From Octopus sinensis (Eukaryota): a DNA stretch of 18,837 nucleotides. The position numbers and the translations under genes were made by a program. Below are positions 10,663-18,837 of this stretch, piece by piece (position 1 is the stretch's first letter; every line of letters begins with the position of its first letter). The stretch lies in the NCBI RefSeq assembly GCF_006345805.1, contig NW_021824399.1:1-18837 (forward strand), read 5' to 3'. The notes under the pieces were generated by a model. That model did not search any database. It worked only from the letters and a program-made list of their open reading frames with translations, and was not told the origin of the DNA.

Positions 10663-10718
10663 GTTCTGCTGACGATCATTAGACGCAAGTTGTATGTGAA
10701 ATCACGGTGATACAGAAC
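10663..10718 (+). ncRNA. Type I hammerhead ribozyme, array unit 1; predicted cleavage AUA^ after 10712
   Basis: Stem I GUUCUG/CAGAAC, extended by GAAU/AUUC beyond an internal loop. Core CUGACGA at 10669-75. Stem II is CAU/AUG plus GAC[GCAA]GUU. GAAA at 10698-701. Stem III is AUCA[CGG]UGAU. Confidence 0.88.
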
Positions 10719-11141
10719 ATAATTCATTTTTAAATGTCTTGCTTTGAAAAACTGCATTTGGGTATGATTAGTATAATTTTTGGTAGTAATGACTTTGTCC
10801 CTCCTAGTGTGAGGCATTTATGTGTAATAATGCCCTTTATACAATATAGATATAATTAATTTGTTCAAAGGAAAAAAATTATTTTCGGATTCTTTTCTTT
10901 TATGAGGTTTTCACGCTAGCTACCCGATAATTTCTTGTTAAGATCCCTTATTAAGAGATTATCCTTAATTGTTAAACTTATTCCGAAATACTTTTCATTA
11001 CTACCGACATGCAGTTCGTATAAAGCCCGCCATTTACCGGATATATGATTTATAAACATTCCATGTGCTTGGCCGGAGTGAACAGTTGTCTGTTCGTCTT
11101 CGCTACATAAGGTTGGTTTATTTATGATGTATTCAGAATCA

Positions 11142-11198
11142 GTTCTGCTGACGATCATTGATACGCAAGTTGTATGTGAAATCACGGTGATACAGAAC
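11142..11198 (+). ncRNA. Type I hammerhead ribozyme, array unit 2; cleavage after 11192
   Basis: Same fold with an intact core. Small variation in distal stem II. Confidence 0.85.
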
Positions 11199-11609
11199 AT
11201 AATTCATTTTTAAATGTCTTGCTTTGAAAAACTGCATTTGGGTATGAATAGTATAATTTTTGGTAGTAATGACTTTGTCCCTCCTAGTGTGAGGCATTAT
11301 GTGTAATATGCCCTTATACAATATAGATATAATTAATTTGTTCAAAAGAAAAAATTATTTTCGGATTCTTTTCTTTTATGAGGTTTTCACGCTAGCTACC
11401 CGATAATTTCTTGTTAAGATCCTTATTAAGAGATTATCCTTAATTTAAACTTATTCCGAAATACTTTTCATTACCCGACATGCAGTTCGTATAAAGCCCG
11501 CCATTTACCGGATATATGATTTATAAACATTCCATGTGCTTGGCCGGAGTGAACCAGTTCTGTTCGTCTTCGCTACATAGGTTGGTTTATTTATGATGTA
11601 TTCAGATCA

Positions 11610-11664
11610 GTTCTGCTGACGATCATTAGACGCAAGTTGTATGTGAATCACGGTGATACAGAAC
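11610..11664 (+). ncRNA. Hammerhead, array unit 3, with GAAA read as GAA
   Basis: Same motif, but one A is missing from the core (gtgaatcac). This is either an inactive copy or a homopolymer error. Confidence 0.65.
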
Positions 11665-12078
11665 ATAATTCATTTTTAAATGTCTTGCTTTGAAAAACTG
11701 CATTTGGGTATGATTAGTATAATTTTTGGTAGTAATGACTTTGTCCCTCCTAGTGTGAGGCATTTATGTGTAATAATGCCCTTTATACAATATAGATATA
11801 ATTAATTTGTTCAAAAGAAAAAATTATTTTCGGATTCTTTTCTTTTATGAGGTTTTCACGCTAGCTACCCATAATTTCTTGTTAAGATCCCTTATTAAGA
11901 GATTATCCTTAATTGTTAACTTATTCCGAATACTTTCATTACCCGACATGCAGTTCGTATAAAGCCCGCCTTTACCGGATATATGATTTATAAACTTCCA
12001 TGTGCTTGGCCGGAGTGAACAGTTGTCTGTTCGTCTTCGCTACATAAGGTTGGTTTATTTATGATGTATTCAGAATCA

Positions 12079-12132
12079 GTTCTGCTGACGATCATTAGAC
12101 GCAAGTTTATGTGAATCACGGTGATACAGAAC
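12079..12132 (+). ncRNA. Hammerhead, array unit 4, with GAAA read as GAA
   Basis: Same motif with one core A and one stem II G missing. Confidence 0.65.
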
Positions 12133-12549
12133 ATAATTCATTTTTAAATGTCTTGCTTTGAAAAACTGCATTTGGGTATGATTAGTATAATTTTTGGTAG
12201 TAATGACTTTGTCCCTCCTAGTGTGAGGCATTTATGTGTAATAATGCCCTTTATACAATATAGATATAATTAATTTGTTCAAAAGAAAAAATTATTTTCG
12301 GATTCTTTTCTTTTATGAGGTTTTCACGCTAGCTACCCGATAATTTCTTGTTAAGATCCCTTATTAAGAGATTATCCTTAATTGTTAACTTATTCCGAAA
12401 TACTTTTCATTACCCGACATGCGTTCGTATAAAGCCCCCATTTACCGGATATATGATTTATATAACATTCCATGTGCTTGCCGGAGTGAACAGTTGTCTG
12501 TTCGTCTTCGCTACATAAGGTTGGTTTATTTATGATGTATTCAGAATCA

Positions 12550-12605
12550 GTTCTGCTGACGATCATTAGACGCAAGTTGTATGTGAAATCACGGTGATAC
12601 AGAAC
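12550..12605 (+). ncRNA. Type I hammerhead ribozyme, array unit 5; cleavage after 12599
   Basis: Identical to the unit 1 motif. Confidence 0.88.
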
Positions 12606-13018
12606 ATAATTCATTTTTAAATGTCGTTGCTTTGAAAAACTGCATTGGGTATGAATAGTATAATTTTTGGTAGTATGACTTTGTCCCCCTAGTGTGAGGC
12701 ATTTATGTGTAATAATGCCCTTTATACAATATAGATATAATTAATTTGTTCAAAAGAAAAATTATTTTCGGATTCTTTTCTTTATGAGGTTTTCACGCTA
12801 GCTACCCGATAATTTCTTGTTAAGATCCCTATTAAGAGATTATCCTTAATTGTTAAACTTATTCCGAAATACTTTTCATTACCCGACATGCAGTCGTATA
12901 AAGCCCCTCCATTTACCGGATAAATAGAGTTATAAACATTCCATGTGCTGGCCGAGTGAACAGTTGTCTGTTCGTCTTCGCTACATAAGGTGGTTTATTT
13001 ATGATGTATTCAGAATCA

Positions 13019-13074
13019 GTTCTGCTGACGATCATTAGACGCAAGTTGTATGTGAAATCACGGTGATACAGAAC
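13019..13074 (+). ncRNA. Type I hammerhead ribozyme, array unit 6; cleavage after 13068
   Basis: Identical to the unit 1 motif. Confidence 0.88.
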
Positions 13075-13331
13075 ATAATTCATTTTTAATGTCTTGCTTT
13101 GAAAAACTGCATTTGGGTATGATTAGTATAATTTTTGGTAGTAATGACTTTGTCCCTCCTAGTGTGAGGCATTTAGGTGTAATAATGCCCTTTATACAAT
13201 ATAGATATAATTAATTTGTTCAAAAGAAAAAATTATTTTCGGATTCTTTTCTTTTATGAGGTTTTCACGCTAGCTACCCGATAATTTCTTGTTAAGATCC
13301 CATTATTAAGAGCTTATCTTAATTGATTAAC

Positions 13332-13343
13332 TATATATATATA

Positions 13344-13387
<44 letters not shown>

Positions 13388-13534
13388 TATATGTATATAA
13401 TATGTATGTATAAGGATATTATTGCTTACAATATTATCAAGTGTCAAGCATGCGTAAAAAAATGCCATAAGGTAGGCATTATTAATTAATGATAAAGTTC
13501 CTACAAGCAGCACCAGCACACTAAAAATAGCATT

Positions 13535-13574
<40 letters not shown>

Positions 13575-13962
13575 AGAGAGAAAGTCACGAAAGAGAGAAA
13601 AAGAGAGAGAAAATGAAAGTGTGGAACGAGAGAGAGGGAAAGAAAAAGAACGAAAGGAGAAAGAGAGAGAGAGAGACAATTCGAAAAATAATTAGACAGA
13701 TAAACAAACAGAAACTTCAATACATAGATTGAACACACACACACCACACACACACTCACTCCACACACACACTACACACACACCACACACATACACACAC
13801 ACACCCTCACACACACACACACATAACATACTTATATAAATGGTAAAAAAAATAGCGCTCTCTTTCCTCAGTCAAGTCCCCACGTCACGACCATCTCGGG
13901 CAGTAACACTTGGAAGGTTCGATCGGTTTGCCCCCCACTAAAAGTCTCTCTCTCTCTCTCTC

Positions 13963-14028
<66 letters not shown>

Positions 14029-14136
14029 CATCTTTTATCCTTACATTTCCACGTGTATTTTTATTTTCTTTCTTTAACCATATTTCTACTATGCTTATAT
14101 ATATATATATACACACACACACACCACACACACCCC

Positions 14137-14199
<63 letters not shown>

Positions 14200-14235
14200 C
14201 ATATATATATACCCACACACACCACACACACAAAC
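13332..14235. repeat. Microsatellite cluster: (TA)n 13332-13382, (GA)n about 13539-13680, (CA)n about 13733-13825, (CT)/(TA)/(CA) 13945-14235
   Basis: Directly visible. Confidence 0.95.
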
Positions 14236-14489
14236 ATATAGTGAGTTGTGTATGTGCGTGTATTCATTCAAACAATTACTAAAATATATAGCTGCACCAA
14301 GTGGGAAATTCCGTTTGTACAATTGTTCCGAGTATAAATTATTTGATAAACAAACCACTTGACAAACAGTAGAAAAGTAGACATTTAATATAAATTTTAA
14401 TACAGAATAAGCAGGATAAGAAGAAAAAGGCGTAGCAGAGAGTCGCTGAGGAGATCACAGTATGTGAGACGAAAGAATTTATACTAATA

Positions 14490-14507
14490 GTAATAATAAT
14501 AATAATG

Positions 14508-14571
<64 letters not shown>

Positions 14572-14578
14572 TAATAAT
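14490..14578. repeat. (AAT)n trinucleotide repeat, probably the tail of the adjacent minus-strand SINE
   Basis: Directly visible. It abuts the 3' end of the SINE at 14585-14790. Confidence 0.9.
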
Positions 14579-14584
14579 AGTCGT

Positions 14585-14790
14585 TCCTACTATAAGCACA
14601 AAGCCTGACATATTCTTGGATGGGGGGAGTTAGTCGATTACATAGCCCCTAGTACTCAACTGGTATTTAATTTATAGACCTCGAAATGTTGAAATGTGAA
14701 GTTGACCTCGGGGGATTTGAACTCAGAAACTAATGATGGATGAAATACTACCAAGCATTTTGCCCGGCGTGCTAACGATTCTGCCAGCTA
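14585..14790 (-). mobile_element. tRNA-derived SINE, octopus-type family B
   Basis: The reverse complement starts agctggcagaatcgttagcacgccgggc (A-box-like), followed by gagttcaaatcc (B-box) and core gaggtcaac...ataaattaaatacc. Confidence 0.85.
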
Positions 14791-14824
14791 AACCTCAAAT
14801 AATAATAATAATAATAATAATTAT

Positions 14825-15196
14825 TATCCTGTCTACTGGAAGCACAAGGACAAGTCCATTACATCGATCCCAGTGTGTAACTGGTACTTAATTTATCGTT
14901 CCCGAAAGGATGAAGGGCAAAGTCGATCTAAGCGGAATTTGAACTCAGAATGTAGTGAGAGACGAAATACTTATCTCTTTACTACCCACAAGGGGCTAAA
15001 CACAGAGAGGACAAACAAGGACAGACACGCTGATTAAGTCGATTATATCGCCTCCAGTGCGTAACTGGTACTTATTTAATCGACTACAAAAGGATGAAAG
15101 GCAATATCGACCTCGGTGGAATTTGGACTCGGTGGAATTTGAACTCAGAACGTAACCGCAGACGAAATACTTCGAACGTTTCGCCCGGCGTACCAA
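14825..15196 (-). mobile_element. Two further SINE family B copies (14825-14970 head-truncated; 14971-15196 with a different tail)
   Basis: Repeated aactggtactta...gaaaggatgaa-ggcaa...ggaatttgaactcagaa...gacgaaatac. Confidence 0.85.
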
Positions 15197-15351
15197 CAAC
15201 AACAACAACACAACAACAATAAAGTGAATATCAAATATATATTGCGCGTTTTTCATTGGCAACAGACGACCATCTCCAAATAGAAGAATTTCTGTTTTAA
15301 CACCCATTTCAAAAATGCATGAACGTAATAATATAAATATTAAGTAGAAAT

Positions 15352-15480
15352 ATTCCGCCGAGGTTGTCTTTGCCTTCTATCCTTTCGGGGTCGATGAAAT
15401 GAATATCAGGTATATACTGGGGTCGATGTAATCAACTTACTCCTCCCCTGAAATTGCTGGTGTTGTGCCAAAATTTGGAA
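15352..15480 (+). mobile_element. SINE family B core fragment, opposite orientation
   Basis: attccgccgaggttgtctttgccttctatcctttcggggtcgatgaaat. Confidence 0.8.
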
Positions 15481-15635
15481 TCAATGTGTAGGAGAAATAA
15501 AACAAACACAGCATCACTCACTAATGGACACCATGTTAATGGTTTTAAAACAATATATAAGTGAACGGCTTGGAGAGTGTTTCATCTTTATGCGTGTTTC
15601 CTTGGATTGAATCTGTGTAGGGGGGCATGTTTAGT

Positions 15636-15787
15636 GCGCGGCTGTGTGGTAAGACGCTTGCTTCCAAATTGGATTCGGGTTCAGTTCCACTGCGTGGCAC
15701 GCTACAAAATGTCTTCTACTGTAGCCATTGGACTCTCAAAATCTTCATATGTGGATTTGGTAGATGGAAACGGAAAGAAGCCTATCG
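15636..15787 (+). mobile_element. SINE family A head and core
   Basis: gcggctgtgtggtaagacgcttgcttcc...gggttcagttccactgcgtggcac...gtggatttggtagatggaaac. Confidence 0.85.
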
Positions 15788-15794
15788 TGACTAT

Positions 15795-16160
15795 TCTTTT
15801 ACTTGTTTCAGTCATTTGACTGCGGCCATGTTGGAGCTCCGCCTTTAGTCGAACAAATCGACCCTAGGACTTAACCTTTGTAATCTGTAGTTATTTATTC
15901 TATCAGTTTCTTTTCCAGAACCGCTATGTTACAGGGACGTAAGCACACACAACATCGGTTGTCAAATGATGGTGGAGGGACAAATATAGACAACACACTA
16001 CACACACAACATACGACGGGCTTATTTGAGTTTCCATCTCTGAAATCCACTCACAGACTATGGTCGGCCCTTGGCTATAGTAGACGACACTCAGCCAAAA
16101 TGTCCTCGCAACGGGGACTGAACACGGAACCATTGTGTTTCATACTCTACGGCCACTTCT
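15795..16160 (-). mobile_element. SINE family A, near full length, minus strand
   Basis: The tail cttttacttgtttcagtcatttgactgcggccatg, core atacgacgggct...aatccactcac and B-box ggactgaacac are all seen in reverse complement. Confidence 0.85.
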
Positions 16161-16169
16161 ATGTCTATA

Positions 16170-16352
16170 TATGTCTGTCTGTATGTATCGGTGTGTGTCT
16201 TTGTGTCAGTGTTTGTCCCACCGCTGGATGACCTGTGTTGGTGTGTTTACGTTCCGGTAACTTAGCGGTTCACCATATATACTCCATAAAATAAGTACAA
16301 GGCTTAAAAAATTAAGTACAGAGAGTCAATTAGTTCGACTCAAAACTTCTCA
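16170..16352 (+). mobile_element. SINE family A tail module fragment
   Basis: gtgtttacgttccggtaacttagcggttc...aaataagtac...aggctta. Confidence 0.7.
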
Positions 16353-16734
16353 AACCAGTGCCATCTCTATATATACACATAATCCTTTCCGAGCCATGTT
16401 CGTTAAAGGATTGTTCGTTACACGAGAAATTGAAATACATACAAATAGAAGAAATCCGTTCATGCCACTCCCCAAAGCCACATAAAAGTATATATTATAC
16501 CTTAGCGTTGATACAATAAAATCATGTAAAAGGTCGTATGTAGTGTGACTGCTCAGTTTGGTTTACCACTAAAACACCCGGCTTGAACGGAAAAATGTGG
16601 TGCAGAAATGGGTATCATGGGTTAAGGTGTGGTTGATCATTGAGCGGAGGACATAAATTATAACAGATTAGGAGCAAGAAAAACATTTAGCCTTTTTCAA
16701 GAACATTCATTTTATAATTTATAATAAAGTATTG

Positions 16735-16945
16735 TGTGTGTGGTGTGTTGTGTGTGAGTTTTTTGTGTCTGTGTCTGTCGACACACCATCGCTTTACAAC
16801 CATGTTGGTGAGTTTACGTCCATGTAAATTAGTGGTTCAGCAAAGGAGACTCATAGAATAAGTACAAGTCTTAAATAATAAGTTCGGTGAAAAAGGCATT
16901 GCTCCAGCATGGCTGCAGTGAAATGGCTGAAACAAATAAAAGAAC
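16735..16945 (+). mobile_element. SINE family A tail module fragment
   Basis: gtttacgtccatgtaaattagtggttcagcaaag...gctccagcatggctgcagtgaaatggctgaaacaaataaaag. Confidence 0.75.
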
Positions 16946-17279
16946 TGTGCAGAGTGGTTACAATATGCACAAAAAAAAGTAAATGCAGAAATGCATAATA
17001 TCCTTAATCGAGGATATTATTCGTTACCAGTCTTTTGGGAAACCATGGAGTTCTCAGATAAATGTGTCTGGTATTTTCGTGATCGAAGAGTTAGTAAAGT
17101 TTCCAGGAAAGTCCCTGGCAAAGGATAATGGAATTAACAGTTGCATCTTTGAATAGAAGTGAATCAGATTTGGAAGGCCTTGGAAGAGTCTATTATGGCG
17201 AATGAGAAATATATGAGAGTATATAGAGATTAGTCTATATAGTGAAGGGGTGTTTGACTTGGGGGTTAAAGGGATGCAT

Positions 17280-17520
17280 GTATAACACCACATACATACA
17301 GAGAGAGACATACACATACACACACGCACTAACATATGCAAACACACACATAACAGACACACACACAGACACACAACACATATGCAGTGGCATATTCCTA
17401 TTGATATACACACAGTCAGATACACACACTTACGCGGACGCGGCCATAATACACATCCATACGTATGAGTTAGAAATGGACAGATAAATGTCTGTTTGTA
17501 CGCACAGACACACCCACATA
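17280..17520. repeat. CA-rich low-complexity tract
   Basis: Directly visible. Confidence 0.8.
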
Positions 17521-17599
17521 AAATTCTCGCATAGTCATCGTAGATAATTATAGAGAGTTAAATTTAATTAAGTTATTAGAGGAGAGAGAGAGAAAGGAG

Positions 17600-18825
17600 C
17601 GAGAGGAGAGTATTGTTTAGTAATTAAGGACGAGTAAAAGCAGATGTATAAACACCTGTCGCCTCATTGTATATTTGACTACCATGTGGGCCAGAGTGAT
17701 TAAATCGCCAAACTGGAAATACCCAGGACCGGATAGCGTACAAGGATATTGGCTGAAAATTTCCCCAGCAGTACACAGAAGAATAGCCAAGCAAATATAT
17801 AAAATGATCAACAACGGGGTACAAATCCCAAAGAGGCTGACCAAAAGTCAACATTCTTTGCCAAAATAATCCCAACAAAGCAATGCAGTGGATAATCACC
17901 GGCCTATCCCTGTCTGCCCCTCATGTGGAAGCTGATGACAGAATAATATCTAATTAGGTGTATGATTTCTGGAAATAAATTACAAAGCACCAGTGGACAG
18001 AAAGGGTACAGAAAGAATAGCAAAGGGACACTTACAGACTAATATGGTTTCAGAACGGAAAATGAAAAGGGAGACAGTGTTTGTAAGCAACCGCACACGA
18101 TCAGGCATTCACTAACTAACTACATAAAATCCCGGCAAATTCCCAATGTAGAGAATTTTACATGAATTCACACCAAAAGGGAGTCAGCAGTGAAGGCCAG
18201 ATAGCAAGAAAGTAATATCACTGAAGGCAGAGAATCATAAGTGCTTCGGAGTATTAGAATCTGAGAGTGTACTAACAATGGAAATGAAAACAAAAATAGC
18301 TAAGGAGTACATCGGAAGGTTGAAGAAGCTAATGAAGGGAAAGCGAAGGGTTCTAATCTAGTAAAGGTTGTAAAAACTTTGGGAAGTGTCGTTACTTCGG
18401 TATTCAGCAGAATTTGTTGTTGGAAAAGATCTGAATTAGCAAATCTAGACAGAAGAACTAGGAAGGAATTCAATACGAATAGAGGACTTCAGCCTCGATT
18501 AGGAAGAGCAAGATTGCACTTACTTAGAATAACGAAGGTGGAAGCGGTTTAATATCAGCAGAAAGTAGGGTAGTGTTAGCTAGAGTTGATATATATAATA
18601 ATGAATAAAATTTATGATTGCCTGAGTTATAGTAGGAGATAGGAAAGAAAAGCCAAATGAAATTAAAACAATAAAAAAAGTAGAGATAATCTAACTGACA
18701 AGAGAATGTATGGCAATGTCGATTGGGAAGATAGTTGCAGGAAATAGTAATATTGAGACATGTTATGGTTTGCTGAAAGGAAGCTGAAAAGGGAGACAGA
18801 GTTCTAAGCAAAAATTAATTGTAAG
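17600..18825 (+). mobile_element. R4/Dong-like non-LTR retrotransposon remnants (rearranged, RT core missing)
   Basis: PNWKYPGPDSVQGYWLK (about 17708-17758), NAVDNHRPI..LPLMWKLMT, RKNSKGT, FGVLESESVLTMEMKTKIAKEYIGRLKKL, LDRRTRK, and TWLWLLKG/LKRETE. I recognise these as R4-clade RT, thumb and post-RT blocks. Confidence 0.82.
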
Positions 18826-18837
18826 TCGGACTTATAT
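18610..18837. repeat. Terminal direct repeat, right copy (matches 1-234)
   Basis: Near-identical to the window start, including the LINE/segment-Z junction. Confidence 0.95.

Larger units (their letters stand above)
10438..13331 (+). mobile_element. Hammerhead-containing tandem array (retrozyme / ribozyme satellite): 6 full units plus a ~63 bp partial unit, inserted in (TA)n
   Basis: The unit start gctagctacc occurs at 10438, 10915, 11391, 11860, 12328, 12797 and 13269 (periods 468-477). (TA)n lies at 10417-10437 and from 13332. Each full unit carries one hammerhead motif. Confidence 0.85.

Noticed and set aside
10521-12614. Minus-strand ORFs within the tandem array (MPHTRRDKVI..., MNYVLYHRD...)
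   Set aside because: They differ in start, frame and length between near-identical units and contain no recognisable domain. The structured RNA motif is on the opposite strand.
10438-13331. CRISPR array or Helitron-helicase interpretation of the tandem repeats
   Set aside because: The units are ~475 bp with no variable spacers or cas genes and no helicase motifs, and the context is eukaryotic.
13850-13944. Unique GC-richer island with a B-box-like GGTTCGATC and possible HDV- or twister-like fragments on the minus strand
   Set aside because: There is no A-box or cloverleaf. The P2/P4 helices and conserved twister elements could not be built, and the minus-strand CUGAGGA has no downstream GAAA.
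17932-17938. CTGATGA, and CTGACGA on the minus strand at 2122-2128
   Set aside because: Both lie inside retroelement coding sequence with no compatible stems.

Overview
This is AT-rich, microsatellite-dense animal genomic DNA. The tRNA-derived SINEs resemble octopod cephalopod families (inference). I find no intact host gene, and most of the supplied ORFs are microsatellite read-throughs. The main discovery is a tandem array at 10438-13331 (six ~470-480 bp units plus a ~63 bp partial unit) flanked on both sides by (TA)n. Each unit carries a type I hammerhead ribozyme fold (GUUCUG-CUGACGA-stem II-GAAA-stem III-UA^-CAGAAC), so the array looks like a retrozyme that could release ~475 nt monomers or circular RNAs. 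The same window holds a 5'-truncated Penelope-like element (RT with YRDD plus C-terminal GIY-YIG, 2053-3603) that starts at a TA run. It also holds a second, unrelated hammerhead (5757-5805) abutting (TA)n, with the same unusual U.U closing of stem II, and two weaker hammerhead candidates. Together these suggest a TA-targeting PLE/retrozyme system. Other contents are scrambled R4/Dong-like LINE fragments, several SINE copies and decayed multi-copy exon-like segments. A ~230 bp terminal redundancy (1-234 = 18610-18837) implies a circularised contig or an 18.6 kb tandem unit. Differences between near-identical copies are mostly 1-nt indels, so unpolished long-read error is likely.
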